From: an uncultured Holophagae bacterium
GTDB lineage: Bacteria; Acidobacteriota; Thermoanaerobaculia; Thermoanaerobaculales; Sulfomarinibacteraceae
Assembly: GCA_963797055.1 (NCBI GenBank)
Contig: CAWCOD010000011.1
Location: 37,538 to 101,537, forward strand
Length of the DNA stretch: 64,000 bases
Direction: 5' to 3'
Shown here: in pieces, positions 39,820 through 50,200 of the stretch
Numbering within the stretch: position 1 is the first letter of the stretch
How the letters are laid out: every line of letters starts with the position of its first letter
Translations under genes and position numbers: made by a program
Notes under the pieces: model-generated
The model's database searches: none
Told to the model about the DNA's origin: nothing
Seen by the model: only the letters and a program-made list of their open reading frames with translations

Positions 39820-42165
39820 ATGGTGTCGAATCCCGCCGCCCTTCAGGCTTTCCAACGGGTCCTGACAGAAGACCTGCGGCCGCCGGCCTACCTCACTCCC
39901 GAGGAGGTGCGCGGCGGTTGGCGCGACCTGTTTCCAGAACTTGCCGCCTGCCTCCCGGCCCCCTACCCAATTTTCGGAACCGACGAAGAGAAGATCATCA
40001 CCTACGGGTATCCCATCCTGATCTCGGAGGGCATCTGGAAACTACGGCGTGAGTTGGACAAGCTCGTTCTCTTGGAAACCAAATATCGAATGGGTGGTCC
40101 CGGCGGCGGCACCACCAAGGACCATGTTGCGGCACAACGAGATCGCTACGGCCGCGCAACCACCACCATCATCGAAAACGTCCTGATGAACGACTACGGT
40201 CGGGGGCTGAGCGAGGTCTTTCTCCTCTTCCACTCCGGAGACGTGGTCCGGGGCCTCGGCCAGGTCGCGAAACAGATCCAACTCAACTGGCCCAATGCCG
40301 GTCGGGATGCCGCGGAGGAGACGCGACAATTCATCACCGGGGTCTTTGGCGAGCTGATTCAACGCGCCGTCGTGCGCGCCACCGAGTCCCTCAAACGGCT
40401 GGCCGACGGTCCCTCAGGTATCCGGATTTCTCCCGTCTTGGCGGCGGTGTGCAACGATCAGCTGTTACTGAGCGAAAGCCAAGCTCCGGCCAACCTCGAG
40501 CGACTGAGCGGCTATTTCCGCTACCGGCTCAAGCAGGACCCTCAGGGTTTTATCAGCGCCAGCGAAAAGGCCCTCCGCCGACTCGCCGATCTGATCCGTC
40601 GCCACCCGGAGATCGGTTCCCTGCTGTCCACATCCGGAGCCGGGAAGCTGCGTCTCGATCAGGTTTCCACACTGCTCGACCCGGCATTGCTCAACGCGCT
40701 GGAATCGGCCAAGTTGATCTCGACTCTCGATCTGTCGACCAAACAGGTGAGGTTTCTCCGTGAGCTCGGCCTCCGTCTCAAGAGCTTCGAGCTGCTCGCC
40801 ACCCTACGGCGGCGGATCCAACCCATGGAACGTCGAGGATCCCAGCTCGTGTTGGCCGGCGCGTCCTCGGCCACCGCGATCGCGCCGTCCACCCGCCCCT
40901 TCGACTTCGCCTCACCCGGGGTCGTGGAGTCACTGGTTCGTCGCTGTGGCCTGGTGTACGACCTGACAAATTTCACCTCCGTCCTCGAGGCGGTACGCAA
41001 GGAGGGTCGTGCGGCCGAGGAGAAGGCTCTCCAATTCATGTACGTCTTTCAGAATCGGCTCGACGAGATCCGCAGGCGGAGGGTTCTCAACTTCGAGAAG
41101 TTCCTCGGTGACGGTGCGCTCTACTCGTCCCGTCGTGCGGTTCGAGTGCTGGTCGCAGCGTGTGAGATCCAACTCGTCTACGACCACCTTCGATCCAGCG
41201 GATTCCCGTTCGATCAGGGCATCCGGATCGCCCTCAACTTCGGAACCTATCGGTTACTCCCCATGTTCAACCGCGGCACCGGACCTCTCCGCTTCGAGTT
41301 CTTCGGGCACGGAATCGTCGAGCTGGCTCGTTTGACCACCGGGAAGAGCACCCGTGAGCTCGAGGAAATCGCGGAGTTCCTCGTCCATGCCGGTTACGAT
41401 CCCGACAGGGTGGACTCATTTCTCGCTCCCCTGATGGAGGCCCGCAGCGGTCACGGCGCCGCCGGCACCCGGCGGTACCCAGCCACCATCGACTCCCGCG
41501 GCGAACTCATCAACGAGGGCGTGGTTCTGACCGCTCAATTCCTGGAGGAACTCGACAAGGACCTCGAGGGAAGCCCGGTGGGAACCGTGAAGTTCGACGG
41601 CCTCGACTGGGCGACCATCGCCCTCGACCAAAAGGACCCGGACACCATCCACGTGGGCCTCCGGCTGCTCGGCGTGGCACGGCTCAAGGGCCTGTCGCCT
41701 CAGGAGCTGGTGGAGGCCGTGGTGTGGGAGGAGCTCCCCGCGGAGCCCCGATCCGTCGGTGTCGTGCGCGACCTCCTCCAGACCCTGCGTCGTGTGGCCG
41801 CATCGCCATCTGACAGCCACGAATACGAGGATTTCGAAGAACCCGAAGAGATCATCCCGGAGAACCTCGTGGCGATCACATACCTGGACCAGGACAACCA
41901 CCGCGACTGGATCTTCGGTATGTATCGAGACAGCGACGACGTGGTGCTGAACGCCGTCCACGTCCCGATCCAGACCCCCGAACTCGGACGCGACGAGCCG
42001 TTGGAAACATGGTTGTTCAGGAATCGCCACGAGCTGGCTCGGTTGTACGAGGGCGTCCGTCGGAGTACGGTCGGTGCTCCCGCACCACTGTCGTCGCTCC
42101 GGAAACTCAACGGGTTCCTAGCCTGTTTTTTGACCGCGCCTCACAGGGCCCCAGGCCGACGGTGA
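39820..42165 (+). CDS. Large protein with a divergent class III nucleotidyl cyclase-like domain
   Basis: YDLTNFT, EKFLGDGA, IRIALNFG, FEFFGHGIVELARL, LKG. Start at ATG 39820; the upstream ORF part is antisense to the neighbouring gene. Confidence 0.75.
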   Translation: MVSNPAALQAFQRVLTEDLRPPAYLTPEEVRGGWRDLFPELAACLPAPYPIFGTDEEKIITYGYPILISEGIWKLRRELDKLVLLETKYRMGGPGGGTTKDHVAAQRDRYGRATTTIIENVLMNDYGRGLSEVFLLFHSGDVVRGLGQVAKQIQLNWPNAGRDAAEETRQFITGVFGELIQRAVVRATESLKRLADGPSGIRISPVLAAVCNDQLLLSESQAPANLERLSGYFRYRLKQDPQGFISASEKALRRLADLIRRHPEIGSLLSTSGAGKLRLDQVSTLLDPALLNALESAKLISTLDLSTKQVRFLRELGLRLKSFELLATLRRRIQPMERRGSQLVLAGASSATAIAPSTRPFDFASPGVVESLVRRCGLVYDLTNFTSVLEAVRKEGRAAEEKALQFMYVFQNRLDEIRRRRVLNFEKFLGDGALYSSRRAVRVLVAACEIQLVYDHLRSSGFPFDQGIRIALNFGTYRLLPMFNRGTGPLRFEFFGHGIVELARLTTGKSTRELEEIAEFLVHAGYDPDRVDSFLAPLMEARSGHGAAGTRRYPATIDSRGELINEGVVLTAQFLEELDKDLEGSPVGTVKFDGLDWATIALDQKDPDTIHVGLRLLGVARLKGLSPQELVEAVVWEELPAEPRSVGVVRDLLQTLRRVAASPSDSHEYEDFEEPEEIIPENLVAITYLDQDNHRDWIFGMYRDSDDVVLNAVHVPIQTPELGRDEPLETWLFRNRHELARLYEGVRRSTVGAPAPLSSLRKLNGFLACFLTAPHRAPGRR

Positions 42166-42205
42166 ACCTCCCGGCCCGAGACACGATGGCGTTAAATGTT
42201 AGATT

Positions 42206-43111
42206 TTAGCTTTCGAGGGTCTCCTCGAGGATCCTGGTGTAGCTGCCGTATCTCTCCCCGTCGATGAGGCCGTCCGCCACCGCGGTCAGGACGGCACAAT
42301 CGGGTTCGTGGATGTGGGAACAGTTGGCGAAGCGGCAGTTCTCGGCAACCCCCGCGATCTCCGGGAAGGCTCCTTCCAACTCGATCCGGTCAGCTTGCCA
42401 CAGACCGAACTCCTTGAGCCCGGGCGTGTCCACGACGAAGCCGCCGTAGGGCAGCGGCATCAACTCAGCCATGGAGGTGGTGTGGGTCCCCTTGCCCGTG
42501 GCCTCTGAGATGGAGCCCACCTTGAGCCTGAAGCCCGGATAGACCGCGTTCAGGAGGGACGACTTGCCCGCACCCGACGGACCGCAAAACAGTGTTGTCC
42601 GGGCCTCGAGACGCCGTTTCACCCGACCGAGCCCCCAGCCCGACCGAGCCGAAACCTGCAGCACCTCATAGCCAAGGACCTGATAGACGGGCAGCCAGTT
42701 CGCCAAGGGTTCCATACCCTGGTCGGTCTTGTTGATGGTGATCACGGCCTCGACGCCCGCCAGATGGCACGCGGCAAGGAATCGGTCCAACAGCCCCCTC
42801 TTGGGCTCCGGTAGCCGGGCTGCGAAAACCAGCAGCGCCTGGTCCACATTGGCCGCGATCACTTGTGGCCGAGGAGAGTTCGGCGCCCGCCGGATGATGC
42901 TGTTCGCACGGCTGTGCACCGCCACCACCACGCCCTCATCGTCCCTGATCTCCACCGACACTCGATCGCCAACCACCAGCCGGGCGGCGGGCGGTGTTCC
43001 ACCCTCCCAGTTGAGCCTTCGCCTCGAGGACACCACCATGGTCTCCTCCTCCACTTGCACCCGCACCAGCGGGCCGTGCATCGCGATGACCGTGCCTTCC
43101 AGCAGCTCCAT
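42206..43111 (-). CDS. rsgA: Ribosome small subunit-dependent GTPase
   Basis: VVGDRV, ANVD, NKTD, GPSGAGKSS, GTHTT, DTPG, CRFANCSHIHEPDC. Confidence 0.96.
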   Translation of the reverse strand: MELLEGTVIAMHGPLVRVQVEEETMVVSSRRRLNWEGGTPPAARLVVGDRVSVEIRDDEGVVVAVHSRANSIIRRAPNSPRPQVIAANVDQALLVFAARLPEPKRGLLDRFLAACHLAGVEAVITINKTDQGMEPLANWLPVYQVLGYEVLQVSARSGWGLGRVKRRLEARTTLFCGPSGAGKSSLLNAVYPGFRLKVGSISEATGKGTHTTSMAELMPLPYGGFVVDTPGLKEFGLWQADRIELEGAFPEIAGVAENCRFANCSHIHEPDCAVLTAVADGLIDGERYGSYTRILEETLES

Positions 43112-43127
43112 GGGACCGATAGTATAG

Positions 43128-43715
43128 CCGCCCACCCGGAGAGGGATGTGCGCTTGATGGGCGGGCGTTCCACTCCGGGCACCTTGAGGTTGAAAGTTGA
43201 AAGTTAAACGTTGAACGTTCCCACCGACCCACCCGGATCGTGAAAGGCACAATGGGCGCGATGATCGGGCGTGCCGTCTTTGACATTGTTGGGAATTCAG
43301 GGGACGTGATCACTCAGTAGGTGGGTCCCAACAATGTCAAAGGGGGCAACCTGCCGGCGGCAGCGGTTGTGGCGTGGCCGTGTGCGGCGGCCATGTCCGA
43401 TCCTGTACGCAGGATCAGAGGCCTTACGGCCACCCGCTGGTGACGGCTGGTCACCGCGGCCACCGGCCGCGAGTAACCTCGGGGAGCGCGACGGGGAGAT
43501 CGGCGCGACGAAATCAGTGAATCTAAGCGAACGCGCTCACCCGGTGCCAGGCACCGTCGAAATCGAGTCGTAGTGCGAGGTCGACACATCTGCGGCGGTG
43601 CCTGGCACCGACATGGAGATCGGAATACGAGGGGGGCAACCTGCCGGCGGCAGCGGCCGTGGCCGTGTGCGCCGGCCACGTCCGATCCTGTACGCAGGAT
43701 CAGAGGCCTTGCGGC
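43128..43715. repeat. Largest composite intergenic repeat, with an internal ~85-bp direct duplication
   Basis: Core motif, (TTGAAAG)n, co-varying hairpin, GGTGACCAGCCGTCACC, GCGCTCCCC and paired GGTGCCWGGCACC. 43342-43430 resembles 43632-43715. Confidence 0.9.
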
Positions 43716-46700
43716 GTGCGGACGATGGTCGGTGGCCGTGAGGCAAGCTCGTCAACCGCCTGACAGAAGCGCGCAAAGGCGGGATACTCCTCTGGCGACA
43801 CGGTCCGCGCCGGAACCTCCAGGGTCATCACCGAACGGTGCCAATCACCGTCAACTCCAAGTTCCTCCTCCAACGATCCCCAGGGGGAGCTCAGACGCCG
43901 CGGCGGACGATCCACGATCCATCCCGCCGGCGGCAGAATCTCGGTGACCACCCTCTCGGTGATGGCCATTCGGAGTTCCAAGGGGTACTCCCTGGCCGGC
44001 AGCGACGCAAGCGACGGCACCAGAGGTCTGGCGATCACCAGGCCTCGGCACACCATCCGCTCCCCTGTCCTGTCACAGGCCCCGGGCAGCCTCAGCTCGA
44101 GCCGAAGTTGGGTGTCAACCCCCGAGGTCTCCACCGAGCCTGTCACCTCAGCCGCACCCGGGAACAGGTTATTCGCCATCCGCACGAAGAGCTGCTCCAC
44201 CCGGTCCGCCGGAATACTCTCAATCTGTGCCACCAGCTGTTCCCCGTCGGAGCCCTCCAAGGGCATCACGAAGTCGAGGGAAGCGCCGCCGGCGGCGTCT
44301 ATGGATGCCGCCAAGGAGATCCTCTGACGATACGCCGGGTTCGGGAACGACGGGAGTTCGGCGAGAAAGGTCACCGGCCGATTGGGGTCGGACAGGGGGA
44401 GCACGAGACCGTCACCCCCCTGGTAGATCGGCTGGATATGGTTCACTCCTGCCAGACGTTCCTCGAGATCGATCCAGATCTGACCCGAATCCCGCTGGAC
44501 CCTCAGCAACGGTTCCCCGAAGGTCTCCAGGGTGGGCACTTCGAGATGAACCCCGGCAAGCGGCGCGGGCCGTCCCAGCACCAGATCCACATCCCAACCG
44601 GCGGCGATGAGCGCAGCGGCGATGATCCCGAGGCGGTTGCCCTCCCGACGAGAGAAGCCCTGACCCGCGGTGATCGACAGATCCATATCGCGCCGCCCAG
44701 CGGCCACCTCGTCGAGCACTCCCTCCACCAGACTTCTCACCGCCGCCTCGTCGTCGGTTTCCGCGAGAATCGGAGCGCTCCAATCGCGGAGTTCCGGTGA
44801 GGTCCGGAATACCCACAACATGCGATCCCGCATGATGTCGCCAACGTCCTGCCACGTCACCCCGAAGCTGTAGCTGACCCATGGTAGAAGATCCCGCGCC
44901 ATGGGAGACAGGGGTTCGAGGCGCAGCGGCGGTACGTCCTCATTCAGCCAGCGGATGGCATGGAGCCCATCGTGATCCCATTCCTTGCGCTGGAGACCTT
45001 CGAAGTTGCCGTCCATCATGAGGTCGACGTCGTCGGGAACCAGCAGCAGGTACTCGGAGCGACCAAAGGCCCGGTTCTCGTCGGCAAACCGATAGACGTA
45101 GGGAGACATGTGGCCTCGACGCGAGGCGCCGGTGGGGCGCACACTGGCCACATATTCCTCCTCAACCAGGTCGCCCGCGGCGACGTCTCCCAGCACCAAT
45201 CCGCCGTTTCTGGCTTCCATCTGTGCAGGCACCACCACCCGACCGTCAGGCTTGATGATTCGAATCTTCAAAAGGAAGGCGTCCGGCATCTGCTGCAGCG
45301 TCGACGCCTGACGGGCACCCACCGGCGTCACCGCTCGGCTGACCCCGTGATAGTAGTAGAGGGCCGAGCCGTCCGAGTAGACGCGCTCCACTGCCTGGTC
45401 GAGCAGCAGCATCACATCCACCCCCTCGCCGGCGGTGAACTCCACGTCACGAATATCGTCCAGATCCACTCGAAAAGGTTCAAAGAACGACGTCAACCCG
45501 CGGCTCCAGGCAAGGGTCCGGAATTGGATATTCGAAGGATCGTTCTCGAGCGCCGCCGCCAGCGTCTCATCAAGGCTCGCATCGTCGGTCGCTTCCGAGA
45601 TCAGGCGCAGGTGGTCGCAAGCGGGCAGATCGCCCCACCGCTGCGCCGCCCAATCCAGTTCCTCCCGGGCCCGCTCCATATCACCCGCACCGATCAGCAG
45701 CCTGATCCTCGCGATATCCACGGAAGGGTCATCGACCCGATCCTCGATCCGATCGAGGGCCGACACCGCTTCGTCGGCCATACACCCAGTTGCCAGTGCC
45801 TCGATCCACTGCAACCTGACCGGATCGGTGCCGGCCACCGATTGCAGCAGGTCCCTCCGATCCTCCCACAGGTCGAGGGCTTCAAGCGCCGACAACCGAA
45901 GATCCATGACGCTGGGTGATTCAGGCAGCTCCGACTCCAGCCCTTCGATGCCTTCCTCGACCTCGCCCGCCCAACCGCGACGCAACGCTTCACGAACCCA
46001 CAGCTGCCGCACCCGGGCGTCATCTCCGTTGGATTCCACAACCTCGTCGAGCACCCGCTCCAGGTCTTCAGGGCGTTGCTCACGCAGCGCGAGTGCCCGT
46101 TCGGCGAGCTTCGACCCAGGAACATCTCCGGCATACCGCAACTCATCCCGAGCCCGCTGGTAGTCTGTTTCGGGGTCCTCTCCGGTGGCACCCATCAGGT
46201 AGTACCACGCCAGGGCCAGCCGCGGCCAGGGATCTCCAGGGGCCAGGTCCACGGCCTCCTCGAGCCGGGCCAGTTGTGAACGAGGATCGCCCCGGCCCGC
46301 CGCCAACTCGGCCGCCAGCAGCACCTCGGGGACCGTCGCCTGCCCATCGTCGATCCGTTCGGCCAGTGCCGCGGAGGCGGGCGGCAGCTGAAGCTCGGCT
46401 TTGGATCCCGCCCACGGGCCTCCAACGCCCGGCAGCACCACGGCGTCCACCGGAAATCCATCGGCGTCAAACAGGCTGACACGGGCTCGCGGCGTCATCC
46501 GCGATCCCATGGAGATCCGCAGCCGGTGGGTGCCGGGTCCGAGTTCCACTCGGAACCAGTTCACCTCGGGATCTTCCCGGCCACACAGACGGAGGCGCGC
46601 GAGAAGAACATCATCCAGTTCCACGTTGAGACCGCCGCTGCCCTCCACCACCATCCAACCATCCAGGTGTTGCTCAACCGCGAAGGTCCAGGCCGCCAGG

Positions 46701-47212
46701 GAGACGCCACCGGCATCCAGAGATTCGGGCGGCGCCACCGTGGCGTCGGGTGTTGTCATGAGCAGCCGATACGGCGACCAGACATGCGTCCAGGGCGTTT
46801 CCAGCGCCGGCAGATCGTCGTCGCCGGGAACCACATTTCTTTCCAGATCAAGATCATCGAAGACGCCGAAGGGGCCGGAAATCTCCACCGGCATCAAACT
46901 GCCGTCGGGCGGCCGACCGAGGATCTCCGCCGCGATTCGGGCCATGAGGAAACCGAGTTCAGGGTCGCGAGGACGCTCGTCGAAAAGCAGTATTTCACTC
47001 GGGTCCTGGAGATGGTTGAGGCTGTCCAACCACCACAGCGCGGCACCGACCCCGTCGGCGACAGTGGGGCCCTCGGCGACGGTATCCAGTGCTTTCTGGC
47101 GCGCCTCGTGAAGGTCGAAGTCCTGATCCGCCAGGTGGATATCCCACCAATCCGCCCACCCGAGAGAGGCGGCCAGCAGTGCGACGAGAACAGCCGTCAG
47201 GCGCCGTATCAT
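43700..47212 (-). CDS. Secreted TPR + DUF3857/transglutaminase-like protein, apparently lacking the catalytic Cys/His
   Basis: Signal peptide, TPR-like helices, LLDQAVERVYSDG, GDLVE. EGNRL where the paralog has GDCKD. Confidence 0.78.
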   Translation of the reverse strand: MIRRLTAVLVALLAASLGWADWWDIHLADQDFDLHEARQKALDTVAEGPTVADGVGAALWWLDSLNHLQDPSEILLFDERPRDPELGFLMARIAAEILGRPPDGSLMPVEISGPFGVFDDLDLERNVVPGDDDLPALETPWTHVWSPYRLLMTTPDATVAPPESLDAGGVSLAAWTFAVEQHLDGWMVVEGSGGLNVELDDVLLARLRLCGREDPEVNWFRVELGPGTHRLRISMGSRMTPRARVSLFDADGFPVDAVVLPGVGGPWAGSKAELQLPPASAALAERIDDGQATVPEVLLAAELAAGRGDPRSQLARLEEAVDLAPGDPWPRLALAWYYLMGATGEDPETDYQRARDELRYAGDVPGSKLAERALALREQRPEDLERVLDEVVESNGDDARVRQLWVREALRRGWAGEVEEGIEGLESELPESPSVMDLRLSALEALDLWEDRRDLLQSVAGTDPVRLQWIEALATGCMADEAVSALDRIEDRVDDPSVDIARIRLLIGAGDMERAREELDWAAQRWGDLPACDHLRLISEATDDASLDETLAAALENDPSNIQFRTLAWSRGLTSFFEPFRVDLDDIRDVEFTAGEGVDVMLLLDQAVERVYSDGSALYYYHGVSRAVTPVGARQASTLQQMPDAFLLKIRIIKPDGRVVVPAQMEARNGGLVLGDVAAGDLVEEEYVASVRPTGASRRGHMSPYVYRFADENRAFGRSEYLLLVPDDVDLMMDGNFEGLQRKEWDHDGLHAIRWLNEDVPPLRLEPLSPMARDLLPWVSYSFGVTWQDVGDIMRDRMLWVFRTSPELRDWSAPILAETDDEAAVRSLVEGVLDEVAAGRRDMDLSITAGQGFSRREGNRLGIIAAALIAAGWDVDLVLGRPAPLAGVHLEVPTLETFGEPLLRVQRDSGQIWIDLEERLAGVNHIQPIYQGGDGLVLPLSDPNRPVTFLAELPSFPNPAYRQRISLAASIDAAGGASLDFVMPLEGSDGEQLVAQIESIPADRVEQLFVRMANNLFPGAAEVTGSVETSGVDTQLRLELRLPGACDRTGERMVCRGLVIARPLVPSLASLPAREYPLELRMAITERVVTEILPPAGWIVDRPPRRLSSPWGSLEEELGVDGDWHRSVMTLEVPARTVSPEEYPAFARFCQAVDELASRPPTIVRTPQGL

Positions 47213-50200
47213 GGAATCTCCAACGGCCGCTTGAGACGCCGTTCCGCGTCCACCAGGAATTGTCGGAACTGGGGGGCATCAGCGGCGGTCACCGTCCCGG
47301 GCACGAGCTGGAAGAGTCCTGTAACCAGGTACCCGTTGCCAGACGCGGCGTAGTCCAACGACAGGGAACCGAACTGGGTATCGAGGTCCACCGAGGACGG
47401 CAGCGATCCTGGAGGTCGTCCAAGCTCCACTTCGAGGGTCCATTCGAGGACCGGACGCGCCGGCACCAGGAGGGGCCCGCTTCGATCCCCCTTGGGCGCC
47501 AACCGTGCCGCCCAGTCCAACTCACCGGGAAATGTGCTGACACCCCCGGCGCTGAGGAGAGCGGCCCGAGCGACCCGACCCTCGATCTCCATCACCGCGG
47601 GATCTCGGCCCGGGATCATTCTCAGCTCGGACTCCTCCACCAGCTCCGCCCCGGGAAATTGGCTCTGCAACCAGCGCGCGACACGGCGCGAGTCGCGGCT
47701 GCCGGCGAAGGTCGCCCGACGGTAATCAGCCGCCTCGCCCGTATCTTCGGTTCGGATTTTCAACGGAATGAGGCCGGCCTCCGCCACACCCAGCCGGTAC
47801 TGGTAACGGGCGAAACCCGCCCCTGGTGTCGGTGTGATCTGTGGCGCGCTGTCGATTCCGTCCACCACCAGCACCTGGGCACCCTGGCACATGGCGGGCG
47901 GAGGAAAGGCCGCATGGCCGGCCGCCGTACCATCCAACCATAAGTCGTCCTCCGGGAGGTATACGATGGCGTGATTGAAATTCTCCAGCAAGGCGAGATC
48001 GGACTCGGCCACCCCGAGATCCGAAGTCCGCACCATCACCATGAGGGCAGGGATGTCCACCGCTTCGAGGAGCGCCACCAGCAACCCGGCCTTGTCCTTG
48101 CAGTCACCGATCTTGTGGTTGAGCACCCAGTCCGCGGAGAACGGTCGGAAGCGGTGTTCGCCAAACTCCAGACCCACATAACGGATATCCGTCGTCACGA
48201 AACGATAGATGCGGGCGATCCGGTCGAGGCGATCGTCCACACCCTCCGTCAGCCGCGCCGCCTTTTCCTCCACCTGCCGCGAGGCCCGTATTCGGGGAGC
48301 GGTGTGCCGCTCGTACCACACGGCCAAGTCCCCCCAATCGGGGTGATTCGAGTACACCAGATGGGGGTTGAACTGCAGCACCGGCGCCGGTGGAGAGTCC
48401 TCGGGAACCGCTTGGAGATTCAACCAACGCCAGCTCAGGGTCACCGTTCCGTCGGGATTCTCGCTGCGAACGGGAACACCGTCGATGTGCACCAGGTCCC
48501 ACACCGGAAGCAGATCCTCCGGCCCACTCAGTTCCAGCTCCGCCAATCCCACCGCCTCCGGTTGGCCAATCTGCAACAGACCACCTTTGTAGGGGCCGGT
48601 GTCGTTGCTCTCAGCCGTTTCCGACAACACCCACGCCAGTTCGAGCAGATCACCGTCGGAGAGATCAAGGAACCGAAAGACCCGCAACCGGGCGTCGTAG
48701 TAGAGGTTGATCTCCGGTTCGGCGAGCCGCGGCGTGTCACTCTGTCGTGCGTTGACCTGGGTGCCGTCCCGTCTCAGGATCCTGGCCTCGAGAATGCGCA
48801 GCCGTTGGCGCTCGGGAACATGGGCGAGGGTACGTGTCAGATACTCATCGGCCCGTGCCGCGTCTCGGATCAAGTACACCTGCTGCGCCCTGGTCTCGGT
48901 CAATTGAGCCGGCAGGAACAGCACCTCGGTGTGGTCCAGGATCCGGACCGCCGGGCTGCCCTCGGGCGCCTTGTCAGCGAGAGCCCACAGCTCGTCAGGG
49001 CGGCGCAGCCACTGGAGATCCTCGGCCGCTTCGCCAAGAAAAGACAGCAGGCGCTGAGCCCGACGATCCTGGGGCCGCAGCTCGAGGATCTGCCGCGCCA
49101 GCTCGGTGGCCCGCTCGGTCTCGCCGGCATCGAACTCGACCCTGGCCAACTCCATCAGCAGTTCCAACTGGCCGGGACATCGATCCAATCCGTCGGACAG
49201 CACGCGGCGAGCCTCGTCGCGGCTTCCCGACACCGCCAACATTCGCGACAGACGCACCCTCACCGCCACCCAATTCGGGTCCTGGCGCAGTCTCTCGGTC
49301 AGCAGCTCGAGGATCCGGGCCGAGTCGCCGCAGTCCTCGGACAGCTGCTCCTCGAACTCCAGCGTCACCATGGCTCCCGGCACCAGCCCGCTCAGTCGAT
49401 CCGTTGCCTCCTGAGCCAGGTCCCAGCGGGTCAATCCGATGGCAAGGTCGCCGAAGGTGGCTGCGGCCGTGACGCAGGCCGGAGCCGACCTGGAGAGTTC
49501 TGCCGCCTTGGGAAGGATGACCTGCCCCCACAACTCCGCCTCCTGTTCGATGATGGCGGCGTGCACCGCCGGCACCGACTCCGCCACCGCCAGAATATCG
49601 GCCGCCTCCTGGTACAGGCCCCGGGCCTGGTACCACCGAGCCAGCTCGATTCGGGCCCAGTGGAGGTCCGGATCGTATGACACCGCACCCTCCAGCAGCT
49701 CGCGTTTGGCACCGGGTTCGGCCGGCAACATCCACTCCAACAACCTCGCCTCGCCCGGGGCTTCGGTCCGCGCCGCACGGCAGACCGATCTGGTGTCGTC
49801 TGCGCCCACCGGCTGCGGGTGTCGAGCCACCAGCAAGGCCGCAAGAGAGAGGGTCGCGCCCTCTCGGCCCCGGGCCATGGCGCTTCGGAGCTCATCCTCC
49901 AAGCCACGGACCTGGGGACGATTCCGGTCGACACTCATCGCCGGCGCGGGCGGCCGGTCGACTTCACGAACCCCTTCGAGCCGCGTGCCGTCGGGCGCCG
50001 TCAGCCGCAGCCTGAGCCACCAGTCGTCGCTCTCCGAAGCCACCGCCACCACGATGAGGTTTGGTCCAGCCGCGAGCCATCCGCCAGCCACATACTGATC
50101 CTCGGCGTGTCGCAGTGGTTGAGCCGTGGTGAGCATTTCCTGGCCGTTGAGCCAGACCCGAGCAACCTGTGCCGCCCCAAGCCGTATGGCCACAGGCTGC

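Noticed and set aside
38740-42165. Calling the cyclase pair a Pycsar defence system outright
   Set aside because: Divergent orientation, host-like GC, no TIR or TM effector and no defence-island context.
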